DNA from: an uncultured Actinomycetes bacterium | GTDB lineage: Bacteria; Actinomycetota; UBA4738; HRBIN12 | DNA length: 64,000 nt | Direction: 5' to 3' | Assembly (NCBI GenBank): GCA_963825635.1 | Contig: CAWGTU010000002.1 | Coordinates: 58,638 to 122,637, forward strand | Part shown: piece after piece, positions 1 through 9,398 of the stretch | How positions within the stretch are numbered: position 1 is the stretch's first letter | Layout: every line of letters starts with the position of its first letter | Translations under genes and position numbers: made by a program | Notes under the pieces: model-generated | The model's input: only the letters and a program-made list of their open reading frames with translations | Database searches by the model: none | What the model was told of the DNA's origin: nothing

Positions 1-170
1 CGGTCGCGTGGGGGCTCACCGCTGCCGCACAAGGTGCCCTCGGCACGACGGCGGGAGGCACTGCCGGGTTCGTGTTCGGCTACGTCGGTGCCTTGCTCGG
101 GTGGCTCATGGGCGTCGGCATGTGGAGGGCCTGGGGCCGCGAGTGGTTCGGCCGGACACCACACCTGGAC

Positions 171-1772
171 ATGCCGCCGAAGGGCGCGAGCAGGTACCTG
201 CGCTTCAACACCGATCACAAGGTGATCGGCGTGCAGTACCTGCTCTCGTTCGTGGTGGTGTTCCTGCTCGCAGGGGCCCTCGCGATGGTCGTGCGCTACG
301 AGCTCATCGATGCCGCGGCGACCCTCGATCCCGACATCTACAACCGCATCATGAGCCTGCACGGCATCCTGATGGTCGCGGTCGCGGTCGCGGCCCTGCT
401 CGGCGGGTTCGGCAACTACTTCGTGCCCCTGATGATCGGCGCGCGGGACATGGCCTTCCCTCGCCTGAACGCCTTGAGCTACTGGCTGATCCCGCCCGTT
501 GCGGTCCTGCTGCTCTCCGCTCCGTTCGCCGGAGGATGGGACACCGGCTGGACCGCCTATCCGCCGCTCTCGGTCGAGAACGCCTTCGGGCAGGTGCTGT
601 TCATCCTGGCGATCATCACGTTCGGCCTGTCCTCGGTGCTCGGTGGCCTGAACGCGATCACCACGATCACTCGGATGCGTGCCCGGGGCATGGGATGGTT
701 CCAGTTGCCGATCTTCGTCTGGTCCGTGCTGGCCGCATCGGCGATCACGCTGCTCTTCACGCAGTTCTTCGCCGCGTCGTTGCTGATGGTGCTCCTGGAT
801 CGCACGGCGGGCACGGTCTTCTTCGAATCCGGGGCCGGCGGCAAGCCCCTGCTGTATCAGCACCTCTTCTGGTTCTACTCCCACCCCGCCGTCTACGTGA
901 TGATCCTGCCCGGGTTCGGCCTCACGCTCGAGGTCATCACCCACTTCAGCCGCAAGCCGCTGTTCGCCTACAAGCTCGTGGTCGCAGCGTTCGGCGGCAT
1001 CGTGGTGCTCTCGGGCATCGTCTGGGCACACCATATGTTCACGAGCGGCATGGCGAGCTGGCTCGATGCGCCGTTCATGGTGCTGACCGAGATGATCTCG
1101 ATCCCGACGGGCATCATCTTCCTCGCCGCGATCGGCACCCTGTGGGAGGGGCGGATCTGGCTCACGACGCCGATGTTGTTCGCGATCTTCGTGGTGCTGA
1201 ACTTCACGATCGGCGGCATCACCGGCATCTACCTCGCCGACGTGGCGACCGACCTGCACCTGCAGGACACGTACTTCGTGGTCGCGCATTTCCACTACAC
1301 GATCGTGGGCGGGGAGATCTTCGCGATGTTCGCGGGGCTCTACTACTGGTTCCCGAAGATGACGGGGCGCATGTACAACGAACGCGCCGGGAAGCTTCAC
1401 GCCGTCTGGATGTTCCTCGGATTCGCCCTCACCTTCATCCCGCTGTTCATGGCCGGGGTCAACGGCATGAACCGACGGATCAACGAGTACACACCCGACC
1501 TGCAGGCGGCGAACCGATTCGCGTCGATCTCGGCGTTCCTTCTGGGAGCCGGGTTCCTGGTCTTCGTCGGCAACATGCTGATCTCGATGGTGCGAGGGCG
1601 GGTGGCGGGTCCGAACCCCTGGCGGGCGACCACGCTCGAGTGGCAGACGTCGTCACCGCCTCCGCTCAACGACTTCGACCGGATCCCGACGATCGAGGAT
1701 GAAGAGCCGTACCCGTACGGTCGGCCAGGCAGTCGTCCGGTGCCGGCGCCGGTGGCGGGAGGTGAGCGCTGA
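171..1772 (+). CDS. ctaD: cytochrome c oxidase subunit I (haem-copper oxidase)
   Basis: Translation carries the subunit I hallmarks (TDHKVIG, WFYSHPAVYVMILPGFG, AHHMFT) and about 12 TM helices. The ORF is open from 72; ATG 171 (MPPKGASRYLRFNTDHK) gives the usual N-terminal length. Confidence 0.85.
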   Translation: MPPKGASRYLRFNTDHKVIGVQYLLSFVVVFLLAGALAMVVRYELIDAAATLDPDIYNRIMSLHGILMVAVAVAALLGGFGNYFVPLMIGARDMAFPRLNALSYWLIPPVAVLLLSAPFAGGWDTGWTAYPPLSVENAFGQVLFILAIITFGLSSVLGGLNAITTITRMRARGMGWFQLPIFVWSVLAASAITLLFTQFFAASLLMVLLDRTAGTVFFESGAGGKPLLYQHLFWFYSHPAVYVMILPGFGLTLEVITHFSRKPLFAYKLVVAAFGGIVVLSGIVWAHHMFTSGMASWLDAPFMVLTEMISIPTGIIFLAAIGTLWEGRIWLTTPMLFAIFVVLNFTIGGITGIYLADVATDLHLQDTYFVVAHFHYTIVGGEIFAMFAGLYYWFPKMTGRMYNERAGKLHAVWMFLGFALTFIPLFMAGVNGMNRRINEYTPDLQAANRFASISAFLLGAGFLVFVGNMLISMVRGRVAGPNPWRATTLEWQTSSPPPLNDFDRIPTIEDEEPYPYGRPGSRPVPAPVAGGER

Positions 1773-2017
1773 TGGCCCACCTCTCCCACCGCACACGCGT
1801 GTTGATCGGCTACGTGGTGTTCGCGTTGCTCCTCGCCCTCACGCTGATCGAGTACGTCGGCGCGACCGTGGCCGGGCAACCGATGCTGGTGGTGGGCCCG
1901 GCGGCCCTCGCGAAAGCGGGGCTGATCCTGTGGTTCTTCATGCACGTCGGCGAATTGTTCGGAATCGACCCGCTGGCAGAGCCGGACGAACCGAGCGATG
2001 ACGGCGAGGGCGCCTGA
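1772..2017 (+). CDS. small two-helix membrane subunit, putative cytochrome oxidase subunit IV-like
   Basis: 81-aa hydrophobic ORF whose ATG overlaps the ctaD stop (ATGA) and whose stop overlaps the ctaE start. It sits between subunits I and III. Confidence 0.5.
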   Translation: MAHLSHRTRVLIGYVVFALLLALTLIEYVGATVAGQPMLVVGPAALAKAGLILWFFMHVGELFGIDPLAEPDEPSDDGEGA

Positions 2018-2604
2018 TGGCTGCCGTGCCTCACGACGCCCTCGTGGCGCACGACGACGATCTCTCGCCTGTCGATCGGCTCCGCACGAACCGCTTGGGA
2101 CTGTGGCTGTTCATCGCGTCGGAGTCGTTCCTGTTCTCGGCCGTGATCGCCGCGCGCCACTACCTGCTCGGGTTCGAGACGGCCGAGGAGCTCAACCAGC
2201 TCCTCGGTCTCGCGATCACGTCGATCCTGCTCGTCTCCAGCCTCACGGCGTACATGGCCGAGACGGCGATCGCCGGAGGCGACCAACGGGGCATGCGGCG
2301 GAACCTCCTGCTCACGATCGGGCTGGGGCTCGTCTTCGTCGTCGGGGTCGCCTACGAGTGGTCGGAGGCGTTCGGACACTTCCCCCCCGGAACGCTGTAC
2401 GGCACGATGTTCTTCACCCTCACCGGGCTCCACGCGTTCCACGTGATCACCGGACTCCTCGCGATGGCGAGCGCGTGGTGGGTCGGTCGCGACGGGCGCT
2501 CGAGCGCCGAGTCGCATTGGCCCGTTGAAGGGGTCGTGAAGTACTGGCACTTCGTCGACGTGGTCTGGGTGTTCGTGTTCCCCACGCTGTACCTGCTGCA
2601 CTAG
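2017..2604 (+). CDS. ctaE: cytochrome c oxidase subunit III
   Basis: Haem-copper oxidase subunit III-like TM protein (LGLWLFIASESFLFSAVIAARHY ... WHFVDVVWVFVFPTLYLL). Confidence 0.8.
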   Translation: MAAVPHDALVAHDDDLSPVDRLRTNRLGLWLFIASESFLFSAVIAARHYLLGFETAEELNQLLGLAITSILLVSSLTAYMAETAIAGGDQRGMRRNLLLTIGLGLVFVVGVAYEWSEAFGHFPPGTLYGTMFFTLTGLHAFHVITGLLAMASAWWVGRDGRSSAESHWPVEGVVKYWHFVDVVWVFVFPTLYLLH

Positions 2605-2641
2605 GTTCAGCCGAACGCACGACCTCGGTAGGGTTCTGTCC

Positions 2642-3775
2642 GTGAACCCAGATCTGCCCTCGAAACACGCGCATTCGCCGCAGGCGCCCAACGCCGCGCG
2701 CGTCGAACCGTCACACGTTCATTCGGTCGAGGAGGCGGAGGGCGAGGTCCGCGTCGAGGTCCAGGCCAAGCGCCGGGCCATCGTGGTACGCCTCGTGTTC
2801 CTGCTGATCACGTTGGTCGCGCTCTACATCCTGTGGCCCAGCCTGCTCACGGTCTTCGAGACGTGGCCGGAGCTGCTGGACCTGAACCCGGCCTGGTTCG
2901 TGGCGATGCTCGCGCTGGAAGCCATGAGCTTCTTCTGCGTCTGGGGGCTGCAGCGGATCGCGCTCGTCACCGACCGCTGGTTCGGGGTGGCGACGGCGCA
3001 GCTCGCGTCGAACGCGTTCAGCCGGGTCGTGCCGGGCGGAGCCGCGGCCGGCGGTGCGCTGCAGTGGCGGATGCTGACCGACTCCGGCGTCGACGGTGCC
3101 CGAGTGGCGACGGCCCTCACCGCGGCGTCGCTGATCAGCACGGGCACGCTGTTCATGCTGCCGCTGCTCACCGTGCCCGCGGCGTTGCTCGGCCGCCCGG
3201 TGCCGGGTGGGCTCGCCCAGGCCGCGTGGTTGGGAGGCGTCGTGTTCGTCGTGGCGTTCCTGCTCGGCTGGCGGCTGCTCTTCCACGACCGGCTGCTGAC
3301 ACGCATCGGGCACAGCGCGCAGTGGGTGCGCAACCGGTTCCACAGGGGGAAGACACCGGTGACCGATCTGCCGGCACGACTCGTCGTGCAGCGCGACGAG
3401 ATCCGCGACGCCCTCGGGGACACGTGGTGGAAGGCATTGCTGTTCTCGCTCGGCAACTGGCTCTTCGACTACCTGGCGTTGCTGGCAGCGATCACGGCCG
3501 TCGGATCGCGCCCACGACCGACGCTCGTGCTGCTCGCGTACTCGGCGTCGATGGTGCTGGCGATGATCCCGATCACGCCGGGCGGCCTCGGGTTCGTGGA
3601 GGCGGGCCTCACCGGATTGCTGGCCCTGGCGGGCGTGTCGGCGGGCGATGCGGTGTTGGCGGTGTTGGCCTACAGACTGGTGTCGTTCTGGCTGCCGCTG
3701 CCGGCCGGCGCCGTGGCCGCCTACCTGCATCGACGCCGCTATCGGGGACGGGCGGCGGTCGCCGAGCCCGGCTGA
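2642..3775 (+). CDS. integral membrane protein, lysylphosphatidylglycerol-synthase-TM/UPF0104 (flippase-like) family
   Basis: 377-aa polytopic membrane protein with a GTG start. Its architecture is typical of the TIGR00374/UPF0104 family. Confidence 0.55.
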   Translation: MNPDLPSKHAHSPQAPNAARVEPSHVHSVEEAEGEVRVEVQAKRRAIVVRLVFLLITLVALYILWPSLLTVFETWPELLDLNPAWFVAMLALEAMSFFCVWGLQRIALVTDRWFGVATAQLASNAFSRVVPGGAAAGGALQWRMLTDSGVDGARVATALTAASLISTGTLFMLPLLTVPAALLGRPVPGGLAQAAWLGGVVFVVAFLLGWRLLFHDRLLTRIGHSAQWVRNRFHRGKTPVTDLPARLVVQRDEIRDALGDTWWKALLFSLGNWLFDYLALLAAITAVGSRPRPTLVLLAYSASMVLAMIPITPGGLGFVEAGLTGLLALAGVSAGDAVLAVLAYRLVSFWLPLPAGAVAAYLHRRRYRGRAAVAEPG

Positions 3776-3800
3776 GCGGGTACGTCGAAAGCACGACCCC

Positions 3801-4493
3801 TCACGGCACGAGGTCGAGCACCTCGCGCAGGTCCTCGATCGTCGCTCCCCGCCAGGGATCTCGCTCGGGTGTCAGCATCGCCTCGTGATCGACCTGCGGA
3901 TCGCGCAGCAGGTAGGGCACCATGCCCACCGCCGCCGCGCCGGTGAGCTCCCCGTACGCGCCGTCGCCCAGGTAGACACATCCCTCGCTCGGCACGCCCA
4001 GCCGCGAGACGGCCAACCGGTAGATCGCGGGATCGGGCTTGCGAAGCCCGACCTCGCTCGAGAACACCTCGACGTCGACCGACCCGCTCAGCGCCGACAT
4101 CCGCCAGAGGGCCGGTGTATCGGGTGCGCACTGGCTGACGAGCGCGAGCGGATATCCCCGCCCTCGCAGTCCCGCCAGCGTCTCGAGCGCGCCGTCCCGC
4201 GGCCGGAACCATCGCTCGTACATCGCCCGGCGCACCCGCAGCGCGGCCACGACCGAGGGCTCGGCGTAGACGACGCCGAGCCGTTCGCAGATCGCCCGCA
4301 CGTTCGCCTCGATATCGGCGAGCACGCCCGTCTGGCGCTCGACCGTGGTCGCCTCCCATCCGGCGCGGAACGCCGCCCGGTCGGCGCCCACGGCATCGGC
4401 GATCGCGTCGACCGACGCCCAGAAACCCTCCCGCGGCAGCTCGAACACGAGCGTGCCGAACAGGTCGAAGATCACCGCCGGCGGGCGCGCCAT
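3801..4493 (-). CDS. HAD-superfamily hydrolase
   Basis: The N-terminal motif VIFDLFGTLV is HAD motif I-like and the rest has the HAD-IA layout. It overlaps the end of the upstream GNAT gene. Confidence 0.65.
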   Translation of the reverse strand: MARPPAVIFDLFGTLVFELPREGFWASVDAIADAVGADRAAFRAGWEATTVERQTGVLADIEANVRAICERLGVVYAEPSVVAALRVRRAMYERWFRPRDGALETLAGLRGRGYPLALVSQCAPDTPALWRMSALSGSVDVEVFSSEVGLRKPDPAIYRLAVSRLGVPSEGCVYLGDGAYGELTGAAAVGMVPYLLRDPQVDHEAMLTPERDPWRGATIEDLREVLDLVP

Positions 4494-5031
4494 TCCTCCG
4501 CCAGCATCGAGTAGACGACGATGTCGTAGTAGCCACCGAGCCCACGGCCGCCGCCCCGCTCGACGCTCTCCTCCACGTAGCCGAGGCGCTGGGGCACGAC
4601 CCGGCTCCGCGTGTTCCTCACGCCCGCCCGGATCACCACGCGATTGAGCCCCACGTGCTCGAAGGCCAGCCGCGTGAATTCCAGGGCGGCGCGCGTGATC
4701 AGCCCTCGGCCCTCGAACGGCGCGCGGGTCCAGTAGCCGATCTCACCCGCGATGCCGTACCCGTCCCACGTCAGCCCGACCCCGCCGGCGAGCTCGTCGT
4801 CGACGAAGATGCCGCAGCCTTCCAGACCCCTCGGGCTCGCCGACGAACCTTCTCGAGCCACGCCCGTTGCACGTCGATCGAGGTCGTCCCCTCGACCCAG
4901 GGCATCCACTCCCCGAGGCGCTCGCGCTCGCCGGCAGCGACCGACCAGATCGCATCGAGATCGTCCATCACGTATCGACGCACGAGGGCGCCCTCGCCGA
5001 GGTCGATCGGCAGCGGATCGGCCCGGGTCAC
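4472..5031 (-). pseudogene. GNAT family N-acetyltransferase (RimJ/RimL-like) with an apparent 1-nt frameshift
   Basis: The N-terminal half (VTRADPLPIDLGEGALVRRYVMDDLDAIW...WLEKVRRR) lies in the frame starting at GTG 5031, which overlaps the fadD stop (GTGA). The C-terminal half (GLEGCGIFVDDELAGGVGL...GEIGYWTRAPFEGRGL) lies in another frame. The frames switch near a C4 run around 4827–4830. Confidence 0.45.
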
Positions 5032-6764
5032 ATCGAGCCGGCCGCTTCCCGCTTCTTCCGCTCCTCGTCCTGCAGCACGCGGCGCAGCACCTTGCCGATC
5101 AGCGTCTCGGGCAGCTCCTCGCGGAACTCGATCTCCTTCGGCACGCGGTAGCCGGTGAGGCCCTGGTCGGGATCGCGGCACCACTGCGTGATCTCGTCGG
5201 AGGTCGCGGTCTCACCCGGCTTCAGCACGATGAAGGCCTTCACGCGCTCGCCGGTCGTGTCGTCGGGCACGCCCACGACCGCGCACTTCAGGATCTTCGG
5301 ATGGTGGAAGAGCACGGCCTCTACCTCGGTGGGGTACACGTTGAAGCCCGACACCAGGATCATGTCCTTGATGCGATCGACGATCTTGAAGTAGCCCTGC
5401 TCGTCCATGATCGCGACATCACCGGTGTGCAGCCACCCGTCGCGGATCACCAAGCCGCTCTCGTCGGGGCGGTTCCAGTAGCCGAGCATCACCTGCGGTC
5501 CCTTGATGCACATCTCGCCGCGCTCACCCTGAGGCACCTCGCGGTCGGGCTCGTCGAGATCGACGAGCTTCACGTCGGTGTCGGGCAGGGGCATGCCGAT
5601 GAAGCCTTCCTTGCGCTCGCCGACCAAGGGGTTGGCGTGGGTGACCGGAGAGCACTCGCTCAAGCCGTATCCCTCGACGACCGTCGCGCCGCCCGTGATC
5701 TCCTCGAACCGCTTCGCCACCGCCATCGGCAGCGGGGCCGCGCCCGAGATGCACGCCTTCAGCGACGCGAGGTCGTGCTTGGGCGTGCGCGGGTCCTGAT
5801 TCAATGCGATGTACATGCGCGGCACGCCGGGGAACAACGTCGGCTTCTCCTTCGAGATCGCCTTCAGCGCCATGTCGATCTCGAAACGAGGGAGCAGGAT
5901 CAGCTTCGCGGCCTTCGTCATCGAGAAGTCCATCACGAGCGTGCCGAACGAGTGGAAGAAGGGCAGCGCAGCGACGATGCCGTCCTCGCCCTGGCGCACG
6001 ACGTTGAGCCAGGCCGACGCCTGCAGGGCGTTCGAGACGAGGTTCGAGTGCGACAGCATCGCCCCCTTCGACAGGCCCGTCGTGCCGCCCGTGTAGACGA
6101 GGGCCGCCACCTCGGAGACCGGATCCTCGACGACCGCTTCGGGCGGCACCGGACCGGCCTGACCCATCACGTCGGCCCACCACCGCACCCGATGATCGGT
6201 CGGGATGAACGGCAGCGGCGTGCCGAGCTTGCGTGCGTCCGACTTGAACTTCAGCGGCGCGAGCCATTTGATCGGCGGCTTCATGTAGTGATTCAGCTTC
6301 ACCGCGATCACTTCCTGCACACCGGCCTCGTCGCGGATCTGTCCGAACCGGTGGTAGATCTGGTCGAGCACGATCATCACCTTCGCGCCCGAATCCTTGA
6401 TCTGGTGTTCGAGCTCGCGCTCGGTGTATAGGGGGTTGTTGCCGACCGCCACCGCGCCGATCCGCTGGCACGCGAAGAACGCGATCACGTACTCCGGGCA
6501 GTTCGGCAGGATCATGCCCACCCGGTCCCCCCTGCGCACGCCGAGCCCGGCGAGCACCGCCGAGAACCTCTCGACCTCGGAGAGCAGCTTCGCGTAGGTC
6601 ATGTGGGCCCCGAAGAACGCGAGGGCCGGCTTCTCGGGGAACCCGGCAGCGGCGTTGCGCAGCAACGTGTAGACGGACTCCTCCGGGAACGGGGCGAGCG
6701 AGTGGGGGACGTCCGGCGGGTACGCGTCGAACCACGGGCGATGGTCGGTCATGAGGCGCATCAT
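5028..6764 (-). CDS. long-chain fatty-acid--CoA ligase (AMP-binding enzyme)
   Basis: AMP-binding superfamily motifs (YTGGTTGLSKGA, GYGLSE, etc.). ATG 6764 (MMRLMTDHRPW) was chosen over the GC-rich N-terminal extension. Confidence 0.85.
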   Translation of the reverse strand: MMRLMTDHRPWFDAYPPDVPHSLAPFPEESVYTLLRNAAAGFPEKPALAFFGAHMTYAKLLSEVERFSAVLAGLGVRRGDRVGMILPNCPEYVIAFFACQRIGAVAVGNNPLYTERELEHQIKDSGAKVMIVLDQIYHRFGQIRDEAGVQEVIAVKLNHYMKPPIKWLAPLKFKSDARKLGTPLPFIPTDHRVRWWADVMGQAGPVPPEAVVEDPVSEVAALVYTGGTTGLSKGAMLSHSNLVSNALQASAWLNVVRQGEDGIVAALPFFHSFGTLVMDFSMTKAAKLILLPRFEIDMALKAISKEKPTLFPGVPRMYIALNQDPRTPKHDLASLKACISGAAPLPMAVAKRFEEITGGATVVEGYGLSECSPVTHANPLVGERKEGFIGMPLPDTDVKLVDLDEPDREVPQGERGEMCIKGPQVMLGYWNRPDESGLVIRDGWLHTGDVAIMDEQGYFKIVDRIKDMILVSGFNVYPTEVEAVLFHHPKILKCAVVGVPDDTTGERVKAFIVLKPGETATSDEITQWCRDPDQGLTGYRVPKEIEFREELPETLIGKVLRRVLQDEERKKREAAGSM

Positions 6765-6894
6765 CCCCGGGCGGCCGCGAGCAAGCAAGCCGGGACTCCG
6801 GGAGCGGGGCGTCCGAACAGCGTGTTTGCGTGGACCGCTCGGGGGTGCGAGCATCGAACGTCACGTTCGCACCGTCGAGGGGGAGGACTTCGTC

Positions 6895-7473
6895 ATGAGG
6901 AAGAAGGCACTGTTCGGACTGCTCGCGCTCCCGTTGGCACTGGTCTTGAGCGGGTGCTTCGTGCTTCAAGGCTTCTGGATCAAGTCGAACACGATCGCGG
7001 CAGGGGAAAAGGGCACGAAAGCCGTTTTCCAGATCCAGCCACTGAAAGGCAGCGGCGATACCGCGTACCAATTCTTCCTGGTGGGGGTCGACGACGCGAA
7101 CGACCTCAAGGCGACGAAGGGTAAATGGGGCGTGAACGGCGTGTTCGGCGGCCCCTACCCGCTTCCCGGCTCATCGAACCTCGCGAGCATCATCGGCGGT
7201 GACTGCACCTCGAATGGATTCAACCTCGCCGATGTGACGGGTATGACGTGGAAGGGATTCGTCACACCCGAGCCGGTCAACGACCGAAACAAGGTCAAGA
7301 AGGACGTCATCGTGGAGGTCGGCCTGAAGGCCGTCGCGAGCGCGACGGCCGGCGCTGAGCCGGTGATCGGTGTGACGGGCGCGTGGGGTGATGACGGCGA
7401 CGGTGTGCCCGAAGCCTCCGACGCCTTCTACTGCACGGGCGTCAGCCAGGTTTGGGTGGACGTGACCGCCTGA
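6895..7473 (+). CDS. secreted lipoprotein, function unknown
   Basis: MRKKALFGLLALPLALVLSGCF is a signal peptide with an LSGC lipobox. Divergent from fadD. Confidence 0.55.
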   Translation: MRKKALFGLLALPLALVLSGCFVLQGFWIKSNTIAAGEKGTKAVFQIQPLKGSGDTAYQFFLVGVDDANDLKATKGKWGVNGVFGGPYPLPGSSNLASIIGGDCTSNGFNLADVTGMTWKGFVTPEPVNDRNKVKKDVIVEVGLKAVASATAGAEPVIGVTGAWGDDGDGVPEASDAFYCTGVSQVWVDVTA

Positions 7474-7613
7474 CCTCCGGTCGATCGATCGTCTGAGGTT
7501 GCGGCGCTCGCCGCCGCTGACCTCGCACCACGGGCGCCGGCTCGCGCGGTTCGTACGATGCGTGGGCTGGCGTTCGTGCTGTGCGCCCGCCTCCGTCCTC
7601 GTGAGGGTTCTCC

Positions 7614-9398
7614 ATGCAGGTAGCGACATCCACATCGACGCCCACCGTCGACCGGGCGATCTTCCGCCGCGGCGTGCGGCTCGTTGCGTCCTATGTGCGC
7701 ATGCATCCCAAGCCGTTCGCGGCCGCGGTCACCGGCGCCGTGCTGTTCGCCTTCGCCTCGCTCTGGCTCACGGAGGCCCTCGCGCGCGCAACCGACGAGG
7801 TGCTCACCCCGGCGTTCGAAGGGGATCTCGACACGTCGAAGGTCTGGCTCGCCGTCGGCGGCTTGATGCTCGGCGGCATCGGGCGCGCACTCGGCATCAT
7901 GGTGCGTCGCTACTACTCGGGCGTGGCCGGCGAGCGCGTGATGGCGACGCTTCGCACCAGGGTCGCCGAGCGCTACCGCGCGCTCTCCCTGCGCTACCAC
8001 CGCGAGACCCCCACCGGCGAGCTGCTCGCCCACATGGAGGCGGACGTGAAGGCGGCGGTCGACGTCTTCTGGCCTGTGCCCTTCGCGATGGGGGTGATCG
8101 TGCTGACGGGGCTTGCCCTGATCGCGCTGCTGACCACCGACCCGGTGCTCGCGCTCGTGGGTCTGTTCGTGTTCCCGACGCTCGCGATCATGAACCAGGT
8201 CTTCGCTCGCCGGATGGAGGAGCCGACCCGCCTGGCGCAGGAGCGCATCGGCGAGGTCAGCGCGGTCGCCCACGAGTCCATCGACGGCGCGCTCGTCGTG
8301 AAGACGCTGGGCCGGGAGCGGGCCGAGACCCAGCGGCTGCTCGAGAAGGCCCGTGCACTCCGTGACGAGCGTGTGCGGTCGGGATCGATCCGGGCGACGT
8401 TCGAGGCCGCGCTCGACGCTCTGCCGACCCTCGCGATCGCGCTGCTGCTCGCCGTCGGGTCCTGGCGCGTCTCGACGGGCGACATCACGCTCGGCGACCT
8501 GATCGGGTTCGTGGCGCTCTTCCAGCTGCTCGCGTGGCCGATGCGGTTCATCGGCTGGATCCTCGCCGAGCTGCCGCGCGCGGTCGTCGGATACGACCGC
8601 ATCGAGGTGGTCTTCCAGGAGCCGGTGACGGTCACCCCGGTGCGGGAGGGTACGCGGCTGCCCGAGGGTCCGCTCGGGATGCACGTGCACGACCTGCGAC
8701 TCGAGTACGAGCAGCAGTCCCCGGTGCTCGAGGGGGTGACGTTCGAGGTCGCACCCGGCGAGTCCGTCGCGATCGTCGGCCCGACCGGCGTCGGCAAGAG
8801 CACGCTCACCCAGCTGATGGTGCGCCTCGTCGACCCCGACCAGGGACACGTCGAGATCGGCGGCGTGGACCTGCGCCAGGTCGACGTCCCGTCGCTGCGC
8901 GCGGCGGTCGCGGTCGTGTTCCAGGAGAGCTTCCTGTTCGCGGAGAGCGTGCGATCGAACATCGCGCTGGACTCGGGTGCGAGCGATGCCGAGGTCGAGC
9001 ACGCGGCCGTGATCGCGGCGTGCGACCGGTTCATCCGCGCGCTGCCTCGGGGCTACGAGACGATCGTCGGCGAGCGCGGACTCTCCCTCTCCGGTGGCGA
9101 ACGCCAGCGGGTGGCGCTCGCCAGGGCGTTGGTTCGCAAGCCTCGGCTGTTGATCCTCGACGACGCGACGAGCGCGGTCGACCCGTCGATCGAGGCCGAG
9201 ATCCTCGGCGCGCTCCGTCGTGAGCTGTCGACGACGCTGGTGGTGGTGGCCTATCGCCTCTCGACGATCCGGCTCGCGGACCGCGTGATCTTCCTGCGCA
9301 ACGGACGGGTCGAGGCGACCGGCTCCCACGACGAGCTGCTCGAGACGCAGCCCGGGTACAGCGCGATCATCCGTGCCTACGAACGAGGTGAACGATGA
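7614..9398 (+). CDS. ABC transporter permease/ATP-binding protein (exporter type, heterodimer half)
   Basis: N-terminal 6-TM domain plus an NBD with Walker A GPTGVGKST, ABC signature LSGGERQR and Walker B LILDDATSAVD. Confidence 0.85.
   Translation: MQVATSTSTPTVDRAIFRRGVRLVASYVRMHPKPFAAAVTGAVLFAFASLWLTEALARATDEVLTPAFEGDLDTSKVWLAVGGLMLGGIGRALGIMVRRYYSGVAGERVMATLRTRVAERYRALSLRYHRETPTGELLAHMEADVKAAVDVFWPVPFAMGVIVLTGLALIALLTTDPVLALVGLFVFPTLAIMNQVFARRMEEPTRLAQERIGEVSAVAHESIDGALVVKTLGRERAETQRLLEKARALRDERVRSGSIRATFEAALDALPTLAIALLLAVGSWRVSTGDITLGDLIGFVALFQLLAWPMRFIGWILAELPRAVVGYDRIEVVFQEPVTVTPVREGTRLPEGPLGMHVHDLRLEYEQQSPVLEGVTFEVAPGESVAIVGPTGVGKSTLTQLMVRLVDPDQGHVEIGGVDLRQVDVPSLRAAVAVVFQESFLFAESVRSNIALDSGASDAEVEHAAVIAACDRFIRALPRGYETIVGERGLSLSGGERQRVALARALVRKPRLLILDDATSAVDPSIEAEILGALRRELSTTLVVVAYRLSTIRLADRVIFLRNGRVEATGSHDELLETQPGYSAIIRAYERGER

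Noticed and set aside
72-170. N-terminal extension of ctaD (MFGYVGALLGWLMGVGMWRAWGREWFGRTPHLD)
   Set aside because: It could be real, but oxidase subunit I normally begins about 15 aa before the TDHK motif. It may be the tail of an upstream gene or a leader, so it is left unassigned.
8-1702. Alternative-frame ORF overlapping ctaD
   Set aside because: Arg-rich shadow frame. The ctaD frame carries all haem-copper oxidase signatures.
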